The position numbers and the translations under genes are program-made. The notes under the pieces are model-generated. The model searched no databases and was not told the origin of the DNA. It saw only the letters and a list, made by a program, of their open reading frames with translations. Below are positions 26,190-37,090 of a stretch of DNA of 42,486 nt, one piece after another. The first letter of the stretch is position 1; each line of letters begins with the position of its first letter. Source of the stretch: Candidatus Finniella inopinata (GTDB taxonomy: Bacteria; Pseudomonadota; Alphaproteobacteria; Paracaedibacterales; CAITNM01); contig CAMASM010000003.1 of NCBI GenBank assembly GCA_945860985.1, forward strand, positions 1-42,486, written 5' to 3'.

Positions 26190-27323
26190 GTGCCAGATAT
26201 TTATATGCGGGAGTCATTAGCTTTGTTCACTTGGGTCTTAGAATATTTTTTGCCATTCATTGTTTTATTATCTGTAATTGTTTTTGCGCACGAATGGGGG
26301 CATTTTTGGTTTGCAAGAAGAAACAAAGTTAAAGTTGAAACTTTTGCTATTGGTTTTGGTCCAGAATTATTTGGTTTTACTGACAGGTTTGGTACTAGGT
26401 GGTCGTTTAATATAGTTCCTTTGGGCGGATACGTTAAAATGCTTGGCGATGCCGATGCTACTAGCGCTACTGCTGATGCTGGCATTATTAGCCAACTAAC
26501 CGACGAAGAACGTAATCAAACTCTGCATTCCAAGACTCCATGGCAGCGCATTCAAGTTGCTTTTGGTGGCCCATTGGCTAATTTCATATTTGCAATTTTA
26601 GCAATGATTATTTTATTTGCGGTTTATGGTAAGCCAATTACACCACCAGTTGTTGGGTTTGTGGAACCTACAGGAATTGGTGCAAAACACGGTTTAATGG
26701 CAAATGATCGTATTGTTAGGGTGAATGACGAAGCTATCTATGAATTTGGGGAAGTTTTGCCATTTATTCGTAGTGGTAAGCACAGTGAACTTGTTGTTAA
26801 GGTTGAGCGTGATGGCAAACAGGTTGACTTAAAAATTCCACTTACTGAGAAAGTCTTGGGAATTAAGCCTAGCCTTGCGATGGAATTTAAAAAAATCTCA
26901 CTTTCTAGCGTTGTGCCAGAGTCCTTTTCAACCTTTTGGTTTATGAGCAAATCAATTGTCGTAGGTCTTGGTGAGCTAATCACTGGTCAACGTCAAGGCA
27001 AAGAGCTGGGTGGTATGCTTGCAATTGGTGATATGGCATCCCAAAGTGTAAAAATTGGTGTGGGAGCCATGTTGTGGTTTATGATCATTATGTCAATAAA
27101 TTTAGGCGTGCTGAATCTATTCCCAATTCCAGTACTAGATGGCGGGCAAATTTTAATGACAGCAATCGAATGGGTAATCCGTCGTCCGATTCCTGAAATG
27201 GTTCAAAAGATTGTTTTTGGTACTGGGTTTGCAATGGTTATCAGTTTAATGATTTATTCCACATGGAATGATTTAATGCGTTTTAAAATATTTCAAATGA
27301 TTCGAGGATGGTTACCTTTATGA
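26190..27323 (+). CDS. rseP: RIP metalloprotease RseP (start may lie a few codons downstream)
   Basis: HEWGH, PLGGYVKM, GP.AN, PDZ domain, NLFPIPVLDGG. Confidence 0.96.
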   Translation: MPDIYMRESLALFTWVLEYFLPFIVLLSVIVFAHEWGHFWFARRNKVKVETFAIGFGPELFGFTDRFGTRWSFNIVPLGGYVKMLGDADATSATADAGIISQLTDEERNQTLHSKTPWQRIQVAFGGPLANFIFAILAMIILFAVYGKPITPPVVGFVEPTGIGAKHGLMANDRIVRVNDEAIYEFGEVLPFIRSGKHSELVVKVERDGKQVDLKIPLTEKVLGIKPSLAMEFKKISLSSVVPESFSTFWFMSKSIVVGLGELITGQRQGKELGGMLAIGDMASQSVKIGVGAMLWFMIIMSINLGVLNLFPIPVLDGGQILMTAIEWVIRRPIPEMVQKIVFGTGFAMVISLMIYSTWNDLMRFKIFQMIRGWLPL

Positions 27324-29563
27324 TAAAAATTTTATGTGCTATCTTATTGTCTTTTGGCCTTGTATATGGTGATGGGCAAAAAATTTCTCAGATTAGTATC
27401 AGCGGGAATAACCGTATTGAGAATCAAACTATACTTTCATATTTGCCGGTAAAGGTTGGGGATACGGTTGATGTCGATAAGCTTGATCAATGTTTAAAAT
27501 CATTATTTGATACTGGTTATTTTCATGATGTAAAAGTGCATCGTGAAGGATCAATTGTCGTAATTGAAGTAGAAGAAAATGCGATCATTAATAAAATTGC
27601 TTACGAAGGTAATGAAAAAATTAAAGATGCTGACTTTAAAAAAGAAATTCAGCTACGCCCTAGAGAAGTTTTGTCATATGCAAAAATTCAAGCAGCGCAG
27701 CAAAGAATTCTAGAAATTTACAGGCGTCTTGGACGTTTCAGCGCAAAAGTTGATCCAAAAATTATTCGCTTACCAGAAAATCGTATTGATTTGGTTTTTG
27801 AAATAGAAGAAGGTCCAACTACATTTATTCGTAAAGTAAATTTCCTAGGCAACAAAACATTTTCTGGTTCTCGTTTGGAAAAAGTTTTACAAAGCAAGGT
27901 TTGGCGCTGGTATCGTTTCTTTGTGAATGATGATCTTTATGATCCGGATCGCTTCCTTAACGACCAACAGGAAATCAAAAGATTTTATAATGACAATGGC
28001 TTTCCAGATATGCGCATAACTTCTGCGATTGCGGAGCTTAGCCCTGATAAAACAGCATATTTTTTAACTTTTACAATTGATGAAGGTCGTAAGTATCAGT
28101 TTGGCGATGTGAAGATTACCTCTGAAATTAAGTCGGTAGATATTGAAAAGCTTAAAGAGTGTATATTGATCGAAAAAGGTGAGAGCTATAGTGGTTTAGT
28201 AATAGATAAGTCAATTAAGGAACTTACCGAAGCATTAGGTACTATGGGTTACGCGTTTATTAACATAGAGCCAGATATTAGTAAAAATGCTGAAACTGGT
28301 GTGGCTGACATAGTATTTAACGTTAAAGAAGGTCCTAGGGTTTATATTGAAGATATTACTATAAAGGGTAACGATCGTACCCGTGATCATGTAATTAGGC
28401 GCGAGATTAGAATTCATGAAGGTGATGCTTATAACAGCAAGAAAATTAAAGATGCTGAGCGAGCTTTGAAAGATCTAGGGTATTTCAAAGAAGCGCATGT
28501 GCAACCAGAAGAAGGCTCGGCGATTGATAAAGCAAAATTGAATGTTGAGGTTGAAGAACAGAAAACTGGAGAATTAAACTTTGGTTTAGGATATTCAACG
28601 CTAGACGGCCCATTTGCTTCATTTACAGCGAAGGAACGCAACTTCCGTGGTAGTGGTCAAACAGTACGAGGCGGGACAATGATTTCTAAGAAGAGCATGG
28701 GTTGTGATGTTGGAATGGATGATCCTGCGTTTTTGGATCGTGACTTACTTGGTTCGGTGACAGTTTCAGCTAAGCAGGACAAATATTCAAGATCTCACAA
28801 AAACAACACTTTAGGTTCTAATTTTGGATTAGCTTATAGCTTGAGTGACATGTGGTGGCAGAATCTTGGCTATAACATTCGTTCCGAAAAAATTACAGGC
28901 ATTAATAGCGATGCTTCTTCAATTATGAAATCACAAGCTAAAAGTGCTACGTTGTCGGAAATAACTCAAACAATTCACTTTGGTAAGTTGGATAGTCGTA
29001 TGAACCCAACTAAAGGTTTTGATTTAAGTTATGAAACAGGCTTTGCTGGTGTTGGTGGTACTATTAAATACTTGCAACATGTTTGGGGAATAAAAGGGTA
29101 TTACCCAATAGTGAGTGAGGATTTTGTCCTAAAAGCCTCAGCTCAAACAGGTGTAATGCAAAAACTTGGAAAAACTATACGTATTGTTGATAGCTTCTCA
29201 ATGGGGTATACAGATTTGCGTGGTTTTGATTTCCAAGGTGTTGGTCCACGTGATAAGGTCACCAAAGATCCATTGAACGGTACCAGAATGTGGCGTGCTA
29301 GCGTAGAGCTTAAATTCCCATCAGGTTTGCCGGATGACTGGAAGATAAGCGGAAGCGTCTTTAATGACTGGGGTTGTTTATGGGATCCTGGACAAACAGA
29401 TGCTAATTCTGTCAGTGATAGGAAGATAAGAGCTGCAGCTGGTGTTGGTGTCTTGTGGACATCTCCGTTTGGGCCAATTGGTGTAACTTATGCTATTCCA
29501 TACATGAGTCAGAAATACGACGAAAAGAGATCTATTCAGTTGCAATTTAGCAATATGTTCTAG
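27320..29563 (+). CDS. bamA: Outer membrane protein assembly factor BamA
   Basis: POTRA repeats (GNNRIE, GNDRTRDHVIRRE), LRGF, W.SPFGP, terminal Phe; ATGA overlap with rseP. Confidence 0.96.
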   Translation: MIKILCAILLSFGLVYGDGQKISQISISGNNRIENQTILSYLPVKVGDTVDVDKLDQCLKSLFDTGYFHDVKVHREGSIVVIEVEENAIINKIAYEGNEKIKDADFKKEIQLRPREVLSYAKIQAAQQRILEIYRRLGRFSAKVDPKIIRLPENRIDLVFEIEEGPTTFIRKVNFLGNKTFSGSRLEKVLQSKVWRWYRFFVNDDLYDPDRFLNDQQEIKRFYNDNGFPDMRITSAIAELSPDKTAYFLTFTIDEGRKYQFGDVKITSEIKSVDIEKLKECILIEKGESYSGLVIDKSIKELTEALGTMGYAFINIEPDISKNAETGVADIVFNVKEGPRVYIEDITIKGNDRTRDHVIRREIRIHEGDAYNSKKIKDAERALKDLGYFKEAHVQPEEGSAIDKAKLNVEVEEQKTGELNFGLGYSTLDGPFASFTAKERNFRGSGQTVRGGTMISKKSMGCDVGMDDPAFLDRDLLGSVTVSAKQDKYSRSHKNNTLGSNFGLAYSLSDMWWQNLGYNIRSEKITGINSDASSIMKSQAKSATLSEITQTIHFGKLDSRMNPTKGFDLSYETGFAGVGGTIKYLQHVWGIKGYYPIVSEDFVLKASAQTGVMQKLGKTIRIVDSFSMGYTDLRGFDFQGVGPRDKVTKDPLNGTRMWRASVELKFPSGLPDDWKISGSVFNDWGCLWDPGQTDANSVSDRKIRAAAGVGVLWTSPFGPIGVTYAIPYMSQKYDEKRSIQLQFSNMF

Positions 29564-29565
29564 AA

Positions 29566-30150
29566 ATGTTTAGGCGTTTTCTTCCATATATTTTTCATAT
29601 AATATTAGCGGCCGTAGGAATTACGGCTGCTTATTTTTTATTAAAGCCACATTACAAAACTACAGGTTTAACAATCGGTTTAATTAGCTTGGAGCGTGTG
29701 CGTGAACAAGCTAAACCGTTTCAGCAATTAGCTAAGCTGGTTGGGGAAGCTAATGCTATGGCACAAGGGCGTATTCAAGAATTAGAGAAAGAGTTACGTA
29801 AGGAATATACTGAATTTCAAGTTATGCAACAAAAGAAAAACGTTAAATCAGAAAATTTAGCAAAGCGTAAGGCAGCTTTAGATAAAAAAGTAGCAGAGAT
29901 TGATCAAGAATTTCAGCATGAGCGTGATGCGTTGAATCAAAAATTTGGAAAAATTCATATGCATATTGAAGAAGAGCTTGAGGGTATTATTCGTCAGCAT
30001 CACAAAGAACATAAGATTGATTTGTTTCTTAACACATCCACAGATAAGCAATTAGTAGCCTTGGTTGCTGATGACCAATTAAACCATACAGATGCAATTA
30101 TTGAAAAATTAAATAAACGTATTCCAGATATTCAAAAAATAGGTAAGTAG
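29566..30150 (+). CDS. skp: OmpH/Skp family chaperone
   Basis: Position between bamA and lpxD; N-terminal hydrophobic segment, long coiled coil, T..IIEKLN. Confidence 0.8.
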   Translation: MFRRFLPYIFHIILAAVGITAAYFLLKPHYKTTGLTIGLISLERVREQAKPFQQLAKLVGEANAMAQGRIQELEKELRKEYTEFQVMQQKKNVKSENLAKRKAALDKKVAEIDQEFQHERDALNQKFGKIHMHIEEELEGIIRQHHKEHKIDLFLNTSTDKQLVALVADDQLNHTDAIIEKLNKRIPDIQKIGK

Positions 30151-30152
30151 CT

Positions 30153-31145
30153 ATGTTTTTTCAAAAGTCACCAGCAATTACTGTTCAAGAGCTGGCCAAA
30201 ATGATTGGTGCTAGTTGTGAGGCTGTGGATGTATTCGTAGAAAATGTTGGTCCACTTGATAATCTGCCTAAGAATGTTCTGGCTTGTTACCACAATTCAA
30301 AGTATAAAAATTCTTTGATAGATGCTAAACATGGGTTTTGCATATTGAAAGAAGAAGATAGGCACCTTTTGCCGAAAGGGCTTGTAGGGTTGTTTTCTCC
30401 TACTCCATATCGTGCATTTGGCAAGGCTGCTTTGTATTTTTATCCACTGCCAAAATCAACAGGTGAAATTTCTAATTTAGCAAGTATTCACCCAACTTCT
30501 TTAATAGGAAAAAATTGCCAAGTAGAACCTTTTGCAGTAATTGGAGCTCATGCGAAAATTGGTGAAAATACAATTATTCGTAGTCATTGTATGGTTGGTG
30601 AGCGTACAGAAATTGGTAAGGATAGTTTGCTTGAATATGGTGTAACCATAACTAGCTGTATTGCAGGGGATAGGTTGTATATAAAGCCTGGTGCCAAAAT
30701 TGGTCAATCAGGGTTTGGTTTTCATATGGATGAACGTGGTCATTTTGATATACCTCAAGTAGGTTGCGTGCGCATTGGTAACGACGTGCAAATCGGAGCA
30801 AATACAACCATTGATCGTGGTAGCCAACACGACACCATTATTGGTAATTTCTGTAGAATCGATAATTTGGTGCAAATTGCCCATAACGTCGAGTTGGGTG
30901 ATGGGTGTGTGATTGTTTCTCAAGTGGGTATTGCTGGTAGTGCTAAACTTGGTAAGTTTGTAATTGCAGCGGGCCAAGTAGGTATTGCTGGGCACTTAAA
31001 TATTAGCGATGGTGTTAAGATTGCAGCACAAAGTGGTTTAATGCGAGATGTTGGGCCAGGGGAAACCGTGGCTGGTTCACCGGCTATACCAGTACGTGAA
31101 TGGCACAAGCAGACAATTGCAATACAAAGACTTATTAAGAAATAA
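30153..31145 (+). CDS. lpxD: UDP-3-O-acyl-glucosamine N-acyltransferase
   Basis: Hexapeptide repeats, GQSGFGF, IGANTTIDRG, IDNLVQIAHNV. Confidence 0.96.
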   Translation: MFFQKSPAITVQELAKMIGASCEAVDVFVENVGPLDNLPKNVLACYHNSKYKNSLIDAKHGFCILKEEDRHLLPKGLVGLFSPTPYRAFGKAALYFYPLPKSTGEISNLASIHPTSLIGKNCQVEPFAVIGAHAKIGENTIIRSHCMVGERTEIGKDSLLEYGVTITSCIAGDRLYIKPGAKIGQSGFGFHMDERGHFDIPQVGCVRIGNDVQIGANTTIDRGSQHDTIIGNFCRIDNLVQIAHNVELGDGCVIVSQVGIAGSAKLGKFVIAAGQVGIAGHLNISDGVKIAAQSGLMRDVGPGETVAGSPAIPVREWHKQTIAIQRLIKK

Positions 31146-31160
31146 TTTTAAAAGTTTGAG

Positions 31161-31751
31161 CTATAGGCCAAAATCATCTTTAAAACTATTTTTAAGGGCT
31201 AAAGGCAAAACTGTTTCAAAAGTGTAATGAGAGTTGTTAATGTTTAGGCTTACTTCATTATTTAAAAAATCATTAACTTGCTCAGCTGAAAGTAACCATT
31301 TCAAAAAATGTACTGACGAAGTTTTTTGATCGGATTCTCGATTACGCTCTGTTGTTGGGTCAATGCTAAATGCTGAAATCTTGTTGTTTTTCCAGGTGAA
31401 GCTAATATGTTGATCGATTCCAAATAGTTGTTTTAAGACTACCTGGCGGCGTATTGGGTCGTCTATTTCTATCATCATCGTTGCTGAAATTTCATAACCA
31501 TTTTGTCCGTTTACAGGCATCAAAGGGTTGTAAGCGCGAAGCTCGTCATCTATTTGGGCTTCTCCGCCTTTTTCAATGCGTAGCATTTCTTGAATTTGCC
31601 ACCAAATTGTTTGAATGTTTTCGAAATAAAATGTGATATCTGGGCCAACTGCTAAGCGACGTATTCTTTTTAAAAGCAAAATTTCCTGCTTTTTAGCCTC
31701 TCTTACACACTCGAATTCATGTAATGACAAAATATCAATACTAGTCAGCAT
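31161..31751 (-). CDS. DUF3501 family protein
   Basis: GP..TFYFEN..T.WWQIQEMLRIEKGG, EL.AYNPL.P, K.SSVHFL. Confidence 0.85.
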   Translation of the reverse strand: MLTSIDILSLHEFECVREAKKQEILLLKRIRRLAVGPDITFYFENIQTIWWQIQEMLRIEKGGEAQIDDELRAYNPLMPVNGQNGYEISATMMIEIDDPIRRQVVLKQLFGIDQHISFTWKNNKISAFSIDPTTERNRESDQKTSSVHFLKWLLSAEQVNDFLNNEVSLNINNSHYTFETVLPLALKNSFKDDFGL

Positions 31752-31760
31752 AAAATGGAC

Positions 31761-32837
31761 CTAACTATTCACAACAACATTAGCAATTTGTGGCAGTTGA
31801 ATTTTGCGTTCATGCAGTTGAATATGAACATGCCTGCGGAACTCTTTGCCAAACAAATCATAGGGATCAGGTAATGTGCGAATCGAACACCCAACATATG
31901 TCGCTGTTTCGGTTATTGATAATACTCCTGATAGGGTAATATCGCCAATGATAGAGCTGCCCCATTGACTGTCATCTTTTAATTTCTTAAAAATATCTTT
32001 ATACATTTCTTCAACACTCAGTATGTTAGTTTTATGACTAACAGGTACAACAATACTACAATTGGAATAATTCCGTGATAAATTAAGCAAGCTATTAATC
32101 TCTGAAAAAGACACTACTTGCATTTTGCCATTGCTATGACGGAACTCGATAGCTCTAAGAGACATGGATTCAATGGTACCAACCTGACCATTTAGCTCAA
32201 CAGTTTCTCCAACCGCAACAATACCTTCAAAAAGAGTCAAAATACCGGAAATAATGTCACGTACTAGGGTTTGTGCACCAATTGAAATTGCTAAACCCAG
32301 AACCCCAAAGCTATAGATAATTGGCATAATATCTACACCAATTTCTGTTAGCACAATTAATAAAGTAATGGATATTAATACCCAACGCAAAATTGAATTT
32401 AAAATCGGTGTAGCCGTATTGGCTAAAGACTGTTCATCAGTGTATTCACTGTAGCTATGTGTACTCTTAATTACGGAATTAACGAAACGCAAAGTAAAGC
32501 GATTAATTGTTTTCCAAAGGATAGTGAATATTACTAAAATTATGATAAGGCGCCCTAGTAGCATAAAAATGCTTAGCATCTGGTCTGCTTCAAAAATCTT
32601 TTTAATATCACCTATGTGGTAATTGCTAATGAGTTTTTGGGCAATAACATCGTCAATATCAACATCTTTCACAAATTTTGAAGCGCTTTTCATTTTTAAA
32701 TAGTCTGTGTTGGCTGTGATCACTGGTGCTTTGCCGAAACTAATTTTATTTTGTTCATTCGCTCCAGACATTATATTTTCTGGTTTTTGACCTCCGTAAA
32801 TGGCTATTATTCCAATAAAGGCAAGGATTTTCCACAT
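31761..32837 (-). CDS. Small-conductance mechanosensitive channel (MscS/YbiO-like)
   Basis: GLAISIGAQTLVRDIISG, VGETV, GTIESMSLR. Confidence 0.9.
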   Translation of the reverse strand: MWKILAFIGIIAIYGGQKPENIMSGANEQNKISFGKAPVITANTDYLKMKSASKFVKDVDIDDVIAQKLISNYHIGDIKKIFEADQMLSIFMLLGRLIIILVIFTILWKTINRFTLRFVNSVIKSTHSYSEYTDEQSLANTATPILNSILRWVLISITLLIVLTEIGVDIMPIIYSFGVLGLAISIGAQTLVRDIISGILTLFEGIVAVGETVELNGQVGTIESMSLRAIEFRHSNGKMQVVSFSEINSLLNLSRNYSNCSIVVPVSHKTNILSVEEMYKDIFKKLKDDSQWGSSIIGDITLSGVLSITETATYVGCSIRTLPDPYDLFGKEFRRHVHIQLHERKIQLPQIANVVVNS

Positions 32838-32873
32838 GATAATTGTACTGAAATTTTTTGCTATTGCGTTATT

Positions 32874-33854
32874 TTACTTGATTTTTACAATTTTACCAAA
32901 TTCAGCTTCAAGTTCGTTTGTTACTAAATCATGCAATTTTTCTGGTTCACTAAATTCCAAATTTATATTTAATACGGAAACGCTTTTCTTAAATTTTTCA
33001 GGAATTCTTAGGAAATCTTTTGCTGTAGTAATCAAATCAATTTTCCTGCGATATGATATTTTTACCAACCGTTCCAATTCAGGGATTGTGTATGGATGAT
33101 GATCAGGGAATGGGATGAAGTGTTTAACATCGAATCCATAATTTTGTAAAGTGTTGTTAAATTTTTCTGGGTACCCAAGTCCTGCAAAAGCAATTACTTG
33201 TCTTGGATTTATTGCGTCAGTTGTTTTTATATATGCACGAGTTGCGCTTAGAATTCCTTTGGGTAATGCACCATCACCAATAGCCACAACAATATTTGCT
33301 TTGCGCATTCCCCGTTGGGGAGATTCCCGTAATGGCCCCGCTGGAAATACTTTTCCATTTCCAAAACCTTGCAGTGTATCAACTACTAGCAAGCTAATGT
33401 CTTTGTGCAAAGTGTAATTTTGTAGCCCATCATCCATAATAATTACAGTTGCTCCGTGGCTAATGGCTAACTTGGCGGAAAGCACGCGGTCCTCACCTGC
33501 CCAGGTTGTTGCCTTTTCTGCAAGCAATAATGCTTCATCACCTACTTGTAAATAGTTATGCTTGTTTTGGTCAACTCGGATTGAATCTTTTACTACGGCA
33601 CCATAACCGCGACTTAAAATGTGAGGAGTATGTCCTACCTTTTTTAAAATATCAATAAGCGCTATAACGGTTGGGGTTTTACCTGCGCCACCCATTACTA
33701 AATTACCAACGCAAATTACCGGTACAGAAACTTTTTGGGTTTTAACTCGTTTTTCATGCCATAAACTAATGTATTCGTAACCCCAAGATGCAGGTAGTAA
33801 AACTCGGCTTAAAAGGTTGTTTTGGCGCCAAAATTTAGGGGTTAGAAAAAACAT
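32874..33854 (-). CDS. lpxK: Tetraacyldisaccharide 4'-kinase
   Basis: VGNLVMGGAGKTP, SRGYG, GDEALL, MDDGLQ, PAGPLRE, FPDHH, TTAKD. Confidence 0.97.
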   Translation of the reverse strand: MFFLTPKFWRQNNLLSRVLLPASWGYEYISLWHEKRVKTQKVSVPVICVGNLVMGGAGKTPTVIALIDILKKVGHTPHILSRGYGAVVKDSIRVDQNKHNYLQVGDEALLLAEKATTWAGEDRVLSAKLAISHGATVIIMDDGLQNYTLHKDISLLVVDTLQGFGNGKVFPAGPLRESPQRGMRKANIVVAIGDGALPKGILSATRAYIKTTDAINPRQVIAFAGLGYPEKFNNTLQNYGFDVKHFIPFPDHHPYTIPELERLVKISYRRKIDLITTAKDFLRIPEKFKKSVSVLNINLEFSEPEKLHDLVTNELEAEFGKIVKIK

Positions 33855-33856
33855 TT

Positions 33857-34450
33857 TTACACTTTAAGCCTATTAAAATAAAATGGTAAAAAAACAGTAC
33901 ACATAATAATTATATCACATCCTAAGAAAATCAATAGACTATTTTTATTATAATACTGAAGATAATCAATTAAAAAAATTATAGGTGCAATTAGTAATGG
34001 TAACCATGCTAATAATAAATTTAGCGGGTTGGCCTTATAGTTTGATATTGGTACAAATATCATCAGACATGCAATGCAAGTATTTAAAAGCATCCATTGC
34101 ATTGTTATTAGTATTGTTGTTATTAATTCAAATCCAAAAAGTACAAGTAGCAAAGCCATAGGAAAAAGTGTGGTTAGCCAAACACTGAATGCTTTTGCTA
34201 AGGCATAGCTTAAGTTACTTACCCCATTAAAACGGCAATGATCATAAAAACCATCGATTAAATCTTCCTGCTGGGCACTGAACTGCTGGTACACAACAAT
34301 TACAGCACCGATCAGAATCGTCGTTAAATGTGCTAGTTCTATTCCCAAAATAGAATGAAGTATGGTAATCCACAAAAAAACAAAAGGAGCAACCAGAGCG
34401 CATTGGCCTTGGGCTAATATTGAGAGTTTGCAGATCCCATTAAACGTCAC
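33857..34450 (-). CDS. Divergent heme exporter CcmB-like membrane protein
   Basis: 6 TM; F..ED..DG...., AK...WL....P and LPL..P pattern typical of CcmB. Confidence 0.55.
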   Translation of the reverse strand: MTFNGICKLSILAQGQCALVAPFVFLWITILHSILGIELAHLTTILIGAVIVVYQQFSAQQEDLIDGFYDHCRFNGVSNLSYALAKAFSVWLTTLFPMALLLVLFGFELITTILITMQWMLLNTCIACLMIFVPISNYKANPLNLLLAWLPLLIAPIIFLIDYLQYYNKNSLLIFLGCDIIIMCTVFLPFYFNRLKV

Positions 34451-34451
34451 T

Positions 34452-36272
34452 TTAGCCTTTGCTTGATTTTTCGAATTTTTTGCGTTCGTTAGGGTCTAAA
34501 ATTGCTTTACGAATACGAATTGATTTTGGTGTAACTTCTACCCGTTCATCTTCTTCAATATAAGTAATTGCTTGCTCTAGGGTCATAATTTTTGGTGGCG
34601 TTAGGCGAATTGCTTCATCTTTTCCTGAAGCTCGCACGTTGGTAAGCTGCTTAGCTTTCAACGGGTTAACTTCCAAATCGTTATAGCGGCTGTTTTCACC
34701 AATGATCATACCCTCATAAACCTTAGTTCCTGGCACCACAAACATGATTCCGCGTTCTTCAAGCTTCCACAAAGCAAAGCTAACTACTTCACCTGTACCG
34801 TTGGAAATAAGCACTCCATTAGCCCGACCTTCTATACCGCCTTTATGGGCACCATAGCTATGGAACATACGGTTCATCACGCCAGTACCACGAGTAATCG
34901 TTAAAAATTGACCATGAAAGCCAATTAATCCACGAGAAGGTCCGTGGAAGACAATGCGAGTTTTACCGCCACCCGAAGGGAACATGTCTTTCATTCCGGC
35001 TTTGCGTAGGCTTAACGCCTCAACTACAGTACCTACGAAGTCTTCATCAACGTCGATAATAATTTCTTCAATTGGCTCTAATCGTTGGCCAGTTTCTTCA
35101 TCATTTTTATATAAAACCCGCGGACGACTAATTGATATTTCAAAACCCTCACGACGCATGGTTTCAATTAAAACTCCGAGCTGTAATTCCCCGCGTCCGG
35201 CAACTTCAAAAGCATCTTTGTCAGAAGCCTCACTAATCTTAATAGCCACGTTACCTTCTGATTCGCGCATAAGTCGGTCACGCAGGTTTCGTGAAGTAAG
35301 TTTTGTGCCTTCTTGACCAGCAAGCGGTGAATCATTAATTGAAAAGGTCATTGCTAAAGTGGGCGGGTCAATTGGTTGTGCCTTAATGGGCGTAGTCACT
35401 TCCATGGCACAAATCGTATCGGAAACGGTGCTCTTTTCAAGGCCAGCAATGGCAACAATGTCACCGGCATAGGCCTCATCAACTGCAATCCGCTCTAGCC
35501 CACGGAAGCTTAAAAGTTTAGCAATTCGCCCTTGTTCCACTTGCTCTGATGCTTGGTTAAACACGCGTATTGGCATGTTAACTTTAACGGAACCTGTTTC
35601 CACCCTCCCAGTTAAAATACGCCCCAAATACGAATCATATTCCAAGGTTGTTACCAACATCGAAAATGGCCCCTCTGCTTTTTGTTTTGGCGCTGGAACA
35701 TGTTTGACGATTTCTTCAAACATTGGAATAAGATTTTCTTGCGGTTCACCCAGTTCGCGCACGGCCCAACCATTTCGTCCTGATGCGTACAAAATAGGGA
35801 AATCTAACTGCTCATCGCTTGCATCCATGGCGACGAAAAGGTCAAAAATCTCATTTAAAACTTCTTCAGGACGCGCATCTTGACGATCAATTTTGTTGAT
35901 AACCACCATTGGTTGCAATCCTAATTTCAACGCTTTTCCAAGCACAAATTTAGTTTGTGGTAATGGCCCTTCAGCAGCATCCACTAAAATAATTACTCCG
36001 TCCACCATGCTTAAAATTCGCTCAACTTCACCACCAAAGTCAGCGTGCCCTGGAGTATCAACAATGTTAATCCGGTAATCATTCCAGCTTAAGGATGTGC
36101 ACTTTGCCAAAATAGTAATCCCACGCTCACGCTCAAGGTCATTACTATCCATAGCGCGCTCAGCCACATGCTGATTTGCGCGAAAGGTTCCGCTTTGTTT
36201 TAACATATTATCAACCAAAGTGGTCTTTCCATGGTCAACGTGAGCAATGATAGCGATATTACGAAGTTGCAT
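34452..36272 (-). CDS. typA: Translational GTPase TypA/BipA
   Basis: [62 protein letters not shown]. Confidence 0.98.
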   Translation of the reverse strand: MQLRNIAIIAHVDHGKTTLVDNMLKQSGTFRANQHVAERAMDSNDLERERGITILAKCTSLSWNDYRINIVDTPGHADFGGEVERILSMVDGVIILVDAAEGPLPQTKFVLGKALKLGLQPMVVINKIDRQDARPEEVLNEIFDLFVAMDASDEQLDFPILYASGRNGWAVRELGEPQENLIPMFEEIVKHVPAPKQKAEGPFSMLVTTLEYDSYLGRILTGRVETGSVKVNMPIRVFNQASEQVEQGRIAKLLSFRGLERIAVDEAYAGDIVAIAGLEKSTVSDTICAMEVTTPIKAQPIDPPTLAMTFSINDSPLAGQEGTKLTSRNLRDRLMRESEGNVAIKISEASDKDAFEVAGRGELQLGVLIETMRREGFEISISRPRVLYKNDEETGQRLEPIEEIIIDVDEDFVGTVVEALSLRKAGMKDMFPSGGGKTRIVFHGPSRGLIGFHGQFLTITRGTGVMNRMFHSYGAHKGGIEGRANGVLISNGTGEVVSFALWKLEERGIMFVVPGTKVYEGMIIGENSRYNDLEVNPLKAKQLTNVRASGKDEAIRLTPPKIMTLEQAITYIEEDERVEVTPKSIRIRKAILDPNERKKFEKSSKG

Positions 36273-36394
36273 TTTTAAAAACTCTATTTATAGTAAACCT
36301 GAATTATATATTTTTTAAGATGGAAATACAATTAAAAACTAATCAAGATAATATAATATGCATTATTACTATTTTTTACATAATTTCCAAAATA

Positions 36395-36409
36395 TTAACC
36401 ATCATTTAG
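36395..36409 (+). promoter_or_regulatory. CtrA-type box (1 mismatch)
   Basis: ttaaccatcatttag, about 37 bp upstream of ATG 36447. Confidence 0.5.
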
Positions 36410-36446
36410 TATTGTAAAATTACTGCTTTTGCGGTGGTGAGGAACA

Positions 36447-36950
36447 ATGAAAGTAAATAGCGCAATATTAATTATTTTTACGATTTTTTGTAGAGTATCT
36501 TTTTGTACTTCCCTTGATTTTGTAATTGATATAGACGATGAAAAACCCAGAGCTTGCATAAAAAATAACTGGGTTAGAGAAACAGAATTATCAGTGAATA
36601 AGAATCATATTAACAGTAGAGTAATCAGTCTGCTCTCGCGGCGGTGGTTTTGTAGAAAACTAGCTAATATTAGTGAGGTTGGGGGAAACACCTTGTTTCA
36701 TTGTAGCACTGGACTTTTTATAATTTCTGGTGGCTCTATTAGCCTTTTTCCACCTTTAACAAATTACTTTTTTTTGGCGAGTACGGTTTGTAGCGCTTTG
36801 AATTTAGTTTTAATAGGATTAGCGAGGTATTCTTCAAGTAAGGTTGAAGAAATTGAAATAGAACTTAATGCATTGGGTAAGAGAACAGGATTTTTTGTAA
36901 CAACTTTAACTCCCAAAATTACTAATGATAGAGCCAGTAGCTCAAAATAA
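36447..36950 (+). CDS. Signal-peptide plus 2-TM hairpin protein, paralog family with 39736 and 40476
   Basis: Shared V..L...RW..RK.AN..E..GN.L, two hydrophobic helices, IGLA+.SS..., L..L....GF.V..L.P.I. Confidence 0.8.
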   Translation: MKVNSAILIIFTIFCRVSFCTSLDFVIDIDDEKPRACIKNNWVRETELSVNKNHINSRVISLLSRRWFCRKLANISEVGGNTLFHCSTGLFIISGGSISLFPPLTNYFFLASTVCSALNLVLIGLARYSSSKVEEIEIELNALGKRTGFFVTTLTPKITNDRASSSK

Positions 36951-37029
36951 ATGGACCAATTAAAATAATGGGTTAAAACTTTTTATCCTAGTTATCGGGT
37001 CCAGCCCCAAAATTAAAAATAATAAAAAT

Positions 37030-37059
37030 TTGACGTAGATTACGATAAAAGTATATATT
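37030..37059 (+). promoter_or_regulatory. Putative sigma70 promoter of the sirtuin-like gene
   Basis: TTGACG followed after 16-18 nt by TATATA/TATATT. Confidence 0.5.
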
Positions 37060-37090
37060 TTACCAAAATAGTGTATTTTTGAAATTTAAA

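Noticed and set aside
283-36078. Numerous 60-140 aa ORFs antisense to or overlapping housekeeping genes
   Set aside because: No motifs or ribosome-binding sites; they are shadows of well-supported genes
36960-36976. CtrA box upstream of the sirtuin-like gene
   Set aside because: The TTAA half-sites are 9 nt apart, not 7; a sigma70-like promoter is present instead
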